A stretch of 64,000 nt of DNA from positions 273,103 to 337,102 of the forward strand of contig CAVYSY010000038.1 in the NCBI GenBank assembly GCA_963771175.1, written 5' to 3'. Position numbers and translations under genes: made by a program. This document shows positions 50,833-64,000 of the stretch, in pieces. Position 1 is the first letter of the stretch; every line of letters starts with the position of its first letter. This stretch comes from an uncultured delta proteobacterium. GTDB taxonomy: Bacteria > Myxococcota > Myxococcia > Myxococcales > Myxococcaceae. Below the pieces are notes generated by a model. It saw nothing but the letters and a program-made list of their open reading frames with translations. It had not been told where the DNA came from and ran no database searches.

Positions 50833-51157
50833 CCTGGAGACACTTCCCAGGATACGAAGACAGACAGGAGATCAGGCGTCAGGCGCCTCGACCGTCCTAC
50901 CCTTAAGTACTCTCCAGCCGGGCACCGGCCGACTCCGTTCGCATGTCGGAGGCGATGCGTACCATGAGGGATGTAGGCCCACGCAGGCAGGTGGGCGGGG
51001 AGTACAACGAGTTCCTTCCGTAAGGGTCACGGAGCGCCTCGAGCACTCCGGCTCAACAAGGACGGGAAAGGCACGTGGGCGCGGAGCCAATCTGGCACCG
51101 GGCCCACATGTCTTTTGGGGGTACGGGCCCGACGGCCCGCGGCCCCCGGGTGCCGGC

Positions 51158-54206
<3,049 letters not shown>

Positions 54207-54274
54207 GCGAGCCCACCCACCCTAGCCTCCCGCTGCGCCGACAGGGGATTTTCCGTGTATGCGTTGCATCGTCT

Positions 54275-55039
54275 ATGACGGACGCTGAACTCAGCGCGCG
54301 CCTTCGCGCCAACATCCTCGACTTCAAGGCCCTCCAGGCCCGCACCAGTCCGCTGCGAATGCTCGAGCTGCCCGGGGTGCGAGCCTTCGCCCTCCCCGGC
54401 CACCGGAACACCCTCTTCCAGCAGCAGGTGCTGTACGAGGAGGGCCACGCGCTCGCCGCGGCGCTCGCGCCGTTGGAGGCGTGGTACCGGAAGCACGGCG
54501 TGCCCGCCTGGCGCGTGCCCGTCCTCCCCGGGGACACGGCCGCGGAGGCCGTGCTGGCCCGCTTTGGCCACCGCCCCGAGGACCCCATCCCCGCCATGGG
54601 CATCGCCCTGACGCACCTGCCGCCCCAGCTCCCTCCGGGCACCACCCTGGAGCACCCGGAGGACCTGGAGGAGGTGCTGGCGCTCAACGGGCTCTCCTAT
54701 GGCCCGCAGCACGTCGGCTTCTTCCAGTCCTGGTGCACCCGGCCGCTGCCCTCGAGCCAGCTCCACGCCGTGCTGCTGCGCGAGCGGGGCCGAGCGCTCG
54801 CCGGCGGCATCTCCTTCGAGCAGGGGGACACCGCGGGCATCTACCTCGTGGCCACCCACCCCGATGCCCGCCACCGAGGCCTGGGCTCCCTGGTGATGCA
54901 GGCCCTGCACGCGGACGCGCGCGCCCGCGGCTGCACCTTCGCCGTCCTCCAGGCCTCGCCCATGGGACACGGCCTGTACCAGCGGATCGGCTACCGGGAC
55001 GTGGGCATGTGGACCAACTGGGTGCGGCGCACCGGCTAA
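54275..55039 (+). CDS. GNAT family N-acetyltransferase
   Basis: VATHPDARHRGLG; LQASPMGHGLYQRIGY. Confidence 0.9.
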   Translation: MTDAELSARLRANILDFKALQARTSPLRMLELPGVRAFALPGHRNTLFQQQVLYEEGHALAAALAPLEAWYRKHGVPAWRVPVLPGDTAAEAVLARFGHRPEDPIPAMGIALTHLPPQLPPGTTLEHPEDLEEVLALNGLSYGPQHVGFFQSWCTRPLPSSQLHAVLLRERGRALAGGISFEQGDTAGIYLVATHPDARHRGLGSLVMQALHADARARGCTFAVLQASPMGHGLYQRIGYRDVGMWTNWVRRTG

Positions 55040-56207
55040 GGGACGAGCAACTCCACCTGCGCGGCGGCCACCGCGGCCCCCGGCTCCGTCCGATGGCCCG
55101 CGGCCACGAGCGCCCGCTCCACCGCGCCCACGGTGGCCAGCACGTCGCCAGGGCCCACCACGTTCATGTGGCCCACGCGGAAGTAGCGCGTCTTGAGCTC
55201 CGGATGCAGGCCCCCGGCCAGCACCGCGCCCTGCTCGCGCACCCGCCCGAGCACCCCGGCGTCCACGCCCTCCGGGTAGTAGAGGGCGCTGAGCGTGTGG
55301 GCCGCCACCGACTCGGACACCGGCAGCATCCGCAGCCCCAGCGCGCGCCACCCGGCCCGGAAGGCTCGGGCCATGCGCTGGTGCCGGGCGAAACGCGCCT
55401 CCATCCCCTCGCGCAGAATCTGCCCCAGGCTCACGTCCAGCGCGCACACCAGGTTGACGGGCGGAGTGGCGAAGTACGAGGGACGGCCCGCCTCGTAGGC
55501 CTCCATGATGGGGAGCCACTCGGCGAAGTCCGCGTACAGCGAGCGCACCGGAGTCCGGCGGGCGCGCCACGCGGCCATGGCTCGCGGACCCAGGCCGACA
55601 GTACCGCCAGCCCCGGAGGCACGCCCGAGCGCCTTCTGGCTCGCGGTGAGGTACACGTCCGCGCCCCACGCCTCCTGGTGGAACGTCTCTCCCGCGGTGG
55701 CGCACACCCCGTCCACCACCGACAGCACCCCGTGCCGGCCCGGCCAGCCCGCACCAGCGACTCCACCGGCACCAGCACTCCGGTGCTCGTGTCCACGTGG
55801 GTGACCGTCATCACCTTGAAGCGCCCGCTCCCCAGCACCGACTCCACCGCGGACACGTCCGGCGCCTCGCCCGGCGCGCACCGCACCTGCACCACCTCCG
55901 CCCCGTAGCGCTCGAGCAGCGTGGCCATGCGGTCGCTGAAGTAGCCGGTGTTCACCACCAGCGCGCGCTCGCCCGGCTCCACCAGGTTGGCCACCGCCAT
56001 CTCCATGGCCAGCGTGCCGCTGCCCGCCACCACGAAGGGCTGGGCCGAGGGCGCCAGGCACACCTCGCGCAGCCGCTTCAGCGCACGGCCGAAGATGGCG
56101 ATGAACTCGGGGGCCACGTGGCTGGTCGTCTTCGCGCCCAGCGCCCGCAGCACCTCCGGGTCGAACTCCACCGGGCCGGGAATCATCAACAGGTCTCGCT
56201 CGCTCAC
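55036..56207 (-). CDS. class V PLP aminotransferase (alanine-glyoxylate/serine-pyruvate type; frameshifts)
   Basis: LLMIPGP; HVDTSTG; TASQKAL; FRVGHM. Confidence 0.9.
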
Positions 56208-56315
56208 GGGCACTCCTCTCTCGCGGTTGAAGGCCCGAGGACGTAGCGCAGCGGAGCGCGGGACTCCACCTCCGGATTCGGGGGTGTCCGAAAAACCTCG
56301 GGGACGCGCGCCCGC

Positions 56316-57038
56316 TCACCCCACCGTGGGCAGGGGGAGGAAGACGATGCCGTCCAAGCCCAGTCGCTGGCAGGCCTCGACGAAGCGCTCGGTGCAGACG
56401 AATCACGGTGCGAGAAGTCCACCAGCCGGAACAGGTCCAGGTGGCTGGGAAGCGTCGAGGCGTCCAACAAGGGCTGCTTGGGCAGGGAGAGGTCCTCCCG
56501 GCCACAGCGGGGGCAGGGAGGCTCACGATGGGGAGGCAAGCACTTCGGGTGCAGGCGGCCCGCGGGGAGGATTTCCAGTTCGAGCAACTCGGGCGCGTTA
56601 CGCTGGCGGAAGCGCACCTGCGTGCGGCAGCCCTTGAGCCCGCGCAGGCCCTCGGCCTGGAGTTTCTCCAGGGCCTCGCGCCGCACCAGCAGGACCCAAT
56701 AGCGAGTTGGAGACGAACTGCCCGAAGCTGCCCTGGGCATTGCCCACCAGCGGTCCAAAGCGAGAACCCGGTTCAACCACGGCACCTGGAGGCAGCAGCG
56801 GGCGCACCAGTTCCCGTAGCCTCTCGTATTCCTCGATGGGCTCGGCCCGGGCCTTCTCGAAATCGCCCAGGGAGGCCACCGGCGTGAGGTCCACCGAGGG
56901 ATACGTCAGGGCAATGTCAGCCCACGTGGACTTGCAGGCCGGGCAGGTATCAATCCCCGGAAGCCCCCACTTGTGCACGCCGTTGACAAAGCCCGTGTAG
57001 CCCAACGACTTGTCTTCCTCGATGCGGAAGTAGCGCAT
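56316..57038 (-). CDS. double-CXXCG-motif immunity protein (SitI6-type; frameshifts)
   Basis: HKWGLPGIDTCPAC; CPRCGR; LPSHLDLFRL; directly downstream of the toxin lipoprotein. Confidence 0.8.
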
Positions 57039-57061
57039 ACGTGTGATCTTCGTTCCCTCAG

Positions 57062-57847
57062 TCACAATAGTAGGGCACCAGTGGACCATTCACTCCGAAC
57101 CGCGACATGAGCTCGCCCGCGAAGGCCCACATTTCCTCCGCGGTGGCATTTCGTTTCTCCCATTCGAAACTGCCGCCAGGCCTCATTCCACTGGCCCCCG
57201 TTGGGTCCGCCACTGTGCAGCCATTGGTGGAAGCTCTTGGGCACCCGGATGGTGAAGGCGTGGATGTCGATGCCCTGGCGAGTGAACCAGAGGGCCAGAG
57301 ATTCCTGCTGCGGGAAGATGTGGTGTTTCTCGTAGGGCTCCTTCTTGGGAATGTCGCACTGCCAGTGGCGCAACTCCTTGGCCACGCGCGGCTCGCGCGT
57401 CTTCCAGTTGTGCCAGGGAATCTCGAAGACGGGGTCCGCCACGGTGGGCGCGGCCACGGGGTGTCCCCACCAGCGATTGGGGCTGTCCTCCCCGGGCAGG
57501 CGCAACGCCGTCGCCATGTTGGGGTCCGTTGAGGGACGAAGTGTCGGCGCGGGACGAAATGCCGGCGCGGGGCGGACCACCGGGGAGAAGCCCTTCGCCA
57601 GCACCACGCGGTGGGCTTCCACCACGGGGGGCGCATCCACCTCCACCACGTCCCGGCAGCGCCAGATGGCGCAGCGCTCCTCGTCGCACAGCGGCACCAC
57701 GCAGCTCGGGTCCTCGCGCGCCTCCTCCCACGAGTACACCGCTTCGGGCGCCTCGTAGCCCTCATGCACGACGGGCGCCGAGGTGGCACACGCCGTCAGC
57801 AGCACACCGAGAAGCGCAGGCCATCGCCAGGAGGTCGGGGAGCTCAT
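57062..57847 (-). CDS. TIGR02269/SitA6-type polymorphic toxin lipoprotein (frameshift near 57165)
   Basis: lipobox LTAC; CVVPLCDEERCAIWRC; EKHHIFPQ...HQWLHSGGPNGGQWNEAW. Confidence 0.82.
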   Translation of the reverse strand: MSSPTSWRWPALLGVLLTACATSAPVVHEGYEAPEAVYSWEEAREDPSCVVPLCDEERCAIWRCRDVVEVDAPPVVEAHRVVLAKGFSPVVRPAPAFRPAPTLRPSTDPNMATALRLPGEDSPNRWWGHPVAAPTVADPVFEIPWHNWKTREPRVAKELRHWQCDIPKKEPYEKHHIFPQQESLALWFTRQGIDIHAFTIRVPKSFHQWLHSGGPNGGQWNEAWRQFRMGETKCHRGGNVGLRGRAHVAVRSEWSTGALLL

Positions 57848-57894
57848 GCGGCCCATGTTACCTGCGGCCCCCACCCGTGAAACACTCGCGCCCG

Positions 57895-58928
57895 ATGAGC
57901 GCCCCTACCTCCCTCCGCGTCTCTCTCGCCCTCCTCCTGGCCTGTGGCTGTGCCACTTCGTCCTCCTCGGGTCGCGACAACCCGCCCGAGTCCCGGCACG
58001 GACGTGGCGGAGCCCGCTGCACCGCGACCACCCGCTGGTGGGAAGAATCTGGGACGTGAGGCAGAGCCGCTGGGTGGAGGAGCCCGCGCTGCTCGCGGAG
58101 CTCTCCCAGGCGCGCTTCGTCCTGCTCGGCGAGCGGCACGACAACCCCGACCACCACCTGCTGCAGGCCGAGCTGGTGCGGGGCCTCACCGCCTCCGGCC
58201 GCAAGCCCGTGCTCGCCTTCGAGATGCTCGACGTGGAGCAGCAGCCCGCCATCGACGCGGCGCTCGCCCGCGCTCCCCAGGACCCGGAGGCCCTCGCCCA
58301 GGCGGTGGCATGGGACAAGAGCGGCTGGCCCGACTGGTCCCTCTACCGCCCCATCTTCGCCGTCGGCACCGAGCGCGGCCTGCGCATCATCGGCGCCAAC
58401 CTCCCGCGCGCCCAGGTGAAGGAGCTCGTCATGCGCGGCCCCGAGGCCCTCGCTCCGGAGACGCGCGCCCGACTCGGACTCGACACGCCGCCACCAGAGG
58501 ACGTCGCCCGCGCCATGCGCACCGAGATGCACGAGTCCCACTGCGGCCACCTGCCCGAGGCCATGCTCGACCCGATGGTGCTCGCCCAGCGGGCGCGCGA
58601 TGCGCAGATGGCCGATCGCCTGCTCACCACCGCCTCGGAAGACGGTGCCCTCCTCATCACCGGCGCCGGCCACGCTCGCACCGACCGGGGCGTCCCGGAC
58701 TGGCTCGCCCGGCGTGCCCCCGGGCTTCCGGTGCGCGCCGTGGCCTTCCTCGAGGTCTCCCCCGAGTCCCGCGAGCCCGGGGACTACGCGCCCTCGGAGA
58801 GCCCCGGGAAGCTGCCCTACGACTTCGTCTGGTTCACCCCGGCCGCCGAGCGGGAGGACCCGTGCGCCACGTTCCAGAAGCCCCAGGCCCCCGCGCGAAA
58901 CGAGCCGGAAAAATCGCCCGGAAAATAG
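57895..58928 (+). CDS. ChaN family lipoprotein (frameshift near 58000)
   Basis: lipobox [35 protein letters not shown]. Confidence 0.87.
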
Positions 58929-59166
58929 CCTGTTGGCCTTCGGGCTCGGCGTGCTGCCGCTGGCGGTGGCCACCGGCGCGGGCTCGGGTGCGCAGCGGGC
59001 CATCGGCACGGGGGTGCTCGGCGGCATGATGGTGGGCACGCTGCTCGGCATCTTCTTCGTGCCCCTGTTCTTCGTGGTGGTGCAGCGCGTGTTCGGCCGG
59101 CGCAGGGTCACCGAGCCGGCAGCTGCGCTCCAGGAGGGCACCAGCGCGCCGGACCTGGCGGGGTGA
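58929..59166 (+). pseudogene. C-terminal remnant of an AcrB-type RND permease
   Basis: [31 protein letters not shown]...[10 protein letters not shown] with no N-terminal part. Confidence 0.85.
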
Positions 59167-59274
59167 GCCCTCCGCGGCCGCGCCTCCGCTCGCGAGTGGA
59201 CCAGGCAGAGTTGCCGCGGAGGAGGTTCGACTTCGACGTGTTCGCCTGAGTGAGGTAGGCCCAGGCCCCTGCCG

Positions 59275-59427
59275 CGCCGGTTCGCGGAAGGCCTGCCGAA
59301 GACGCGCTCGGGGAAGATCATGCGCCGGCTGCTGCGTGACGTGACCGGAGGCAAGCAGACCACCGGCGACGTCACCACACTGGAGGATCTCAACGTCCTC
59401 GCGGCGCTGCGTAGCAACGAGGAGTAG
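59275..59427 (+). pseudogene. C-terminal remnant of acetyl-CoA synthetase
   Basis: [15 protein letters not shown]...GDVTTLED. Confidence 0.85.
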
Positions 59428-59449
59428 CCCTCGGGGCTTCGTACGGGAG

Positions 59450-61210
59450 TGGCCGCATCGCACAGACGCGGCCGCCCCCGTACCCTGGAAGGGGACAACC
59501 CGGCGCGGGCTGCGACCCTCCTCCGCATCCTGCTCTCGTATGCCCTGAACCCCACAAGCAAGCAGGGGCTCCACGGATGCCCGTGGGAGGCTGACGGTAG
59601 CGTGTGCCCTGGCGAGCTGTGGCTGGGGAGGGGCAGGTGGAGGAGCGCGGGTGGGCGTACCGGCGGAGGCAGCCGGAGGGGACAGTGCTGTACGCGGCGG
59701 TGAGGGACAACCTCGCCACGCTGCTGGCGGAGGCGAGCGAGGTAGGGTGCGGCCTGCCCCGGTACGTGGAGCGGGACTTCGCCAGGTACCTGGAGTGCGG
59801 AGTGCTGGCGCACGGCTTCGCGCGTGTGCGCTGTGAGAGTTGCAAGGACGAGCTTCTCGTCGCCTTCTCGTGCAAGGGACGAGGGGTGTGCCCGTCCTGC
59901 AACGCGAAGCGGGCGCATGTGACGGCGGTGCACCTGGTGGAGCGGGTGCTGCCGCACGTGCCCTACCGTCAGTGGACGCTGTCCTTTCCGCACCGGGTGC
60001 GGTGGGTGCTGCTGAAGGACGTGGGACTGCTCTCGGACGTCCTCACCGTCTTCCTGCGCGCGGTGTTCGCCCTGCAGCGTCGGCGAGCGCGGAGGCAGGG
60101 CATCCGTCGTGGGCAGGTAGGGGCCGTGTCGTTCATCCAATTCTTCGGCTCGGCCTTGCAGGTGACGCCGCACTTCCACTCGCTGGTGCCGGACGGCGTC
60201 TTCGTGCCGGGGGAGGGCGGCGTGCGCTTCGAGGCGTTGCCGCCGCCCACGCAAGGGGAGGTGGAGCGGTTGCTGAGGGTGGTGCGTCACCGGGTGCTGC
60301 GCCTGCTGGAAAGAAGAGGGGCCCTGCCCGCGCAAGGGCCTGAGGACGCGCTGCAGGCGTACCAGGCGCACTCCCTGCAGCAGCGGCTGCGCTGGACGGA
60401 GGTGGACGTGCGGCCCCCTCCCCGAAAGCAGCCCCGATGCGCCTTCCTGGAGGGCTTCTCCCTGCACGCCAACACGCACCTTCACGCCAACGACAGGCAA
60501 GGACTGGAGCGGCTGTGCCGCTACGGGGCGCGCGGTGCGCTGGCGCTGGAGCGCCTGTCGCGAGCGGAGGACGGGCGCATCGCCTACCAGATGAAGCGCC
60601 CGCTGCCCGACGGCACCACGCGCCTCTTCTTCACCGGGCTGGAACTCCTCCGTCGTCTGGCGTCGCTGGTGCCTCCGCCTCGGACAAACCTCACAAGGTT
60701 CCACGGCGTCTTCGCTCCAGGCGCGAAAGTGCGGCCATTTCTGCTCCCTCAAGCGGGGGCGGAGCCGGGGCTGGAGGCGGAGAGCCCGGCCCAGACTGCG
60801 ACGGTGGAGGAGCCGAGGAAGGAGCGCACGCCGCGTTTGGATTGGGCGGGGCTGCTGCGCAGGCCTGCTCTAGGTGTGGAGGCCGCAGGAGGGTGCTGGC
60901 ATACCTGACGGCGCCCGGTGGGGTGCGCGCCATTCTGGAGCACCTGGCGTTGCCCTCGCGGGTTGCTCGGTTGGCCCCAGCTCAGGGGCCACCCCAGAGC
61001 GCGTGGTGTTGAGCCCCAAGCACCCACAGTGACCTGGAAGCCCACGCCCCTGCGGCCTGGGTGGGCCGCTTGGGCCGGCGTGTGCCCCACGGGGCGGCAT
61101 GGCCTCTGCTCCGGCCCGGCGCACAGCCCGCGCGTCACCCTCCAGCGGCCCTTCTTGGCCCCTCTTCACCTGCCCGCCTCCCTTAACTGGGCCCCCATGC
61201 GTCCTATCCT
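59450..61210 (+). mobile_element. IS91/ISCR-like rolling-circle element (left boundary approximate)
   Basis: transposase plus ~200-bp 3' tail ending in a CCTATCC oriIS-like motif. Confidence 0.75.
59637..61012 (+). CDS. IS91/ISCR-family HUH transposase (frameshift/small deletion near 60860)
   Basis: YLECG...CESC...[11 protein letters not shown]n domain; [21 protein letters not shown]. Confidence 0.92.
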
Positions 61211-61244
61211 CCCGCTGGGGGACAGAGGGAGGGGGCCGCGGTGT

Positions 61245-61769
61245 TCAGTCCTCCATGAGCGAGTTGGCTGCGTCCTCCAGGTCCTGCATGTTGGGCTGCA
61301 CGTAGATGGCGGTGGTGGCCAGCTTCGCGTGGCCGGCGATGGCGGCGACGAGCGCGAGGTCCTGCTTCTTGTGGCGTACCAGTTCGGTGAGTGTGGTGTG
61401 GCGCAGGACGTGGGGGGTGACGCCGGCGACACCGGAGAGGCGCTCGTACTTGTCCACGAGGCGCCGAATGGAGCTGGTGTTGAGGGCATCCCCGTAGCGG
61501 CCGGGGAAGAGGCAGTCGCCGAGAGCCGGGCGAGCGGCGAGCCAAGTGGCGAGGACGCGGCGCACGTCCCGGTAGGGGGAGGGTGCGCTGGCGCGAGCCC
61601 TTGCCATTCACCTTCACCGAGCCGCGGCGCTCGCCCAGCTCCAGGTCGTTGAGCGTCACGCGCACGAGCTCATCCTCGCGAATAGCCGTGGCGATGAGCA
61701 GCTCACACACGGCCTGGTCGCGCAGGGAGCCGTGCTCCTTCACCGTGCGGAGGAATCGGCGCTTGTCCC
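61245..61769 (-). pseudogene. 5'-truncated tyrosine recombinase (catalytic domain only; frameshift near 61575)
   Basis: TAIREDEL; GKGSRQR; TPHVLRHT; AGH...TTAIY. Confidence 0.87.
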
Positions 61770-61930
61770 GGCGTATAGGCAGGATAGAGGCGGTGTTGAG
61801 GTAGGGCTGGTGCAGAGGGGCCGAGGAGGGGCGCTGACGGGTGCCGGCCGAGCTGTGCGCCGGGCCGGTGGAGAGGCCACGCAGCCTCCTTGGGCAGGCC
61901 TGTCCAGGTCGCCCTCCCATGAGGGGCGCG
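61770..61930 (-). mobile_element. solo inverted IS91/ISCR 3' (oriIS) end
   Basis: reverse complement aligns with 61099-61176 (tggcctct..ccggcccggcgcacagc..ggcccctct..acc.gccc) and ends in CCTATACGCC. Confidence 0.7.
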
Positions 61931-62090
61931 GCAGGGGCACCAGGTCTCTTGGCTCTCTTGGCTGTGGCGGCGTAAGCAGGCCCCACGCTGTACTTGGTCG
62001 TGATCGCGCCACCTGTTACAATTCGGGTGAACTATCGGTGAGTTCCTCCCTAGCTCCACCATAACCACCATAACCGTCTCGAGCGCTCGG

Positions 62091-63784
62091 ATGCCAAAGC
62101 CCGACACCTACGATATCAAGACTGTCAAGCTCGTCACTCTTCCCGATGGCGGGACCGAAGCCCAGATGGAGTTCGTCGCCCGACTGACGGCGTATTCGAA
62201 CGCTGTCAACAAAAAGTTTATCAATGTCGATAACACCGTCCGCGACGTGCTCGTTAAGATTGTTCCGGACTCCAAGTCGCTCAAGGACAGCCAATCGAAC
62301 TTCGAGCGGGCGCAGAGCCACCAAAAAACGGTCTCGGGTTGGACCTCCTCGACACAAAAGCACGCAGCGCTGAACAAGGCTAACGCGAGGTTGTCCAAGG
62401 CACAAGACCGCGTGACGAAGGATCAGCAGGAGGTCGATGCATGGCGAAACGCGCTGTCCGAGCGCTTCAAAGCCATCATCACAGACATCGTGGAGATGGA
62501 GCGGCGCTGGGAGTACAACATGTTCAGCGCATGCAGCACTGCCGCTAAATCTCACGATGAAAACGTCAAGTCGGTAAGCGAGAACTCCGACCTGAAGTCG
62601 GAGCCCGAGGCGGAGGAGGTTTACGGCAAGGATTACTTTGAGGGGCTCCGACTCTGGCTCCGTGGCAACGGCTTCATCGTGTCCCCCTCTTATCTTCCAC
62701 CCGCCGCAGTCTTCCCTGCGGACGAGTGGATCGAGGTCAAAAACCGCACCAAGGACAATGATGACTTCGAAGATTTGGCGGAGCAGGCCGACAAGCTGAT
62801 GTCGAAGTACAAGATTCTGGGCTCCCCCTTCTCGGGCATCAACTATCGCTCGAAGGAGTACAAGAAGAACGACAAGGTTGGGTGCGTGTGCGTCTCGTGG
62901 ACGAAGATCGACGCGATGACGAACAAAAAGACCTTCTTGGTCCCTGTCCTGGGATTTTCGGGGCAAGCGCCCGGAGCACCCAAGGTCGGGAGCTACACCC
63001 TGGAGGCCATGCTCGGTGCTTGCGCTCTCCCGCCCTTCATCGGCGCAGATGGGACGAAGCCCTTCGACTCGAAGGTGGATCCCCACAAGACCGGGAGCAA
63101 TACAAAGACAAGCTCGGATTACACGACCTACTATGACGACATCGTCGTTCGGGCCAACAACCTCGCGGTGAACTATCGGGTCCGAAAGATGTTGAACCTG
63201 CGGCTCCCGAGCCGGCAAGCCATGCTCTCGTACGCCGGCCTGAACTTCAACCAGACAGTGAAGCTGGAGAACAAGAAGGGCGAAGACTTCTCTCCGCTGT
63301 CCGCCCCCTCTCCGCCATCGCGCGCTGGCATAGCCTGAACTGCGCGGAGCCGGCGGCCCTGGCTTGGATCGCGTGCTTCTTCGCGGACGGGCAGGACGTG
63401 GTACTGTGCTGCCCCTACGAGGCAGGCGACGACCCGGGAATTCGCGGGTTGAAGCCCAAAGAGACTTGCCCGTGGTGCGCCACCGTCGAGATCGCCTATC
63501 GCTCGCTCTCGCGGGTTTCGAACCATGAAACATGGTCATTTGAGTATCTCAATAGTATGACAACCGGCAAATGGGGAAGAGAGATCACGATCTCCGAGTC
63601 GTTCGACCTGAAGAAAGACAAGGAAATGCGGGAGAAGCTCCCTCGAAACAAGGGAGAGCTGAGCATGGCGTACCCCGCAAAGGTCAACGACAACGTCGCC
63701 ATCTTGCGCGAGATCTTCAAAGAGATCGGGCTGCTCACTCCAGAAACGATCCGGGTCCTCGAAAAACCGCTGTGGCGCAAGTAA
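62091..63784 (+). CDS. putative ~564-aa protein with C-terminal Zn-dependent deaminase-like domain (one-base frameshift at C5 run 63304-63308)
   Basis: 415-aa ORF joined to the 63398..63784 frame gives ...HSLNCAEPAAL...PKETCPWC; lower GC than host genes. Confidence 0.6.
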
Positions 63785-63824
63785 CCTGCTCAACTCGGAG
63801 TTCCCGCAGATGAGCACGTAGACG

Positions 63825-63991
63825 CAGATGAAGCGCCCGCTGCCCGACGGCACCACGCGCCTCTTCTTCACCGGGCTGGAACTCCTCCGTCGTCTGGCGT
63901 CGCTGGTGCCTCCGCCTCGGACAAACCTCACAAGGTTCCACGGCGTCTTCGCTCCAGGCGCGAAAGTGCGGCCATTTCTGCTCCCTCAAGC
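63825..63991 (+). mobile_element. second transposase fragment, identical to 60588-60754
   Basis: exact 167-bp direct repeat encoding QMKRPLPDG...RPFLLPQ. Confidence 0.9.
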
Positions 63992-64000
63992 CGGGGCATC

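Noticed and set aside
50833..51157. Possible ncRNA in the intergenic gap between kinase and gyrB
   Set aside because: No recognisable RNA family motif; only short GC hairpins between convergent genes

Overview
High-GC myxobacterial (Archangium/Cystobacter-like) chromosomal window. Many single-base frameshifts fall in otherwise ordinary genes and are most likely long-read/homopolymer errors. Main accessory feature: a ~10 kb minus-strand RiPP gene cluster (476-10362). It holds a 71-aa precursor with four tandem His-x-Ser motifs, an XyeB-like radical SAM/SPASM cyclophane-forming enzyme, a stand-alone aKG-HExxH protein, a short HlyD-like protein and a C39 peptidase-ABC exporter. Following these are a small lipoprotein with four Cys-x6-Cys repeats, a duplicated ABC permease, a shortened GT9 glycosyltransferase and an unknown SCEGH-motif protein. 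The middle is mostly core: Mrp/Pha antiporter operon, USP, DsbD/redoxin, VWA protein, Fe-S oxidoreductase, tRNA-Gln, truB, two Ser/Thr kinases, a TonB-ExbB-ExbD-ExbD-TBDR-lipoprotein unit, gyrB and an aminotransferase. It also carries an ATPase+HNH defence-like pair and a SitA6/SitI6-type toxin-immunity pair. The right end is a scrambled IS91/ISCR region with gene remnants, a truncated tyrosine recombinase between two inward-facing oriIS-like ends, and a lower-GC cargo gene. One added base in that gene restores a C-terminal zinc-deaminase motif (CAE...CPWC).
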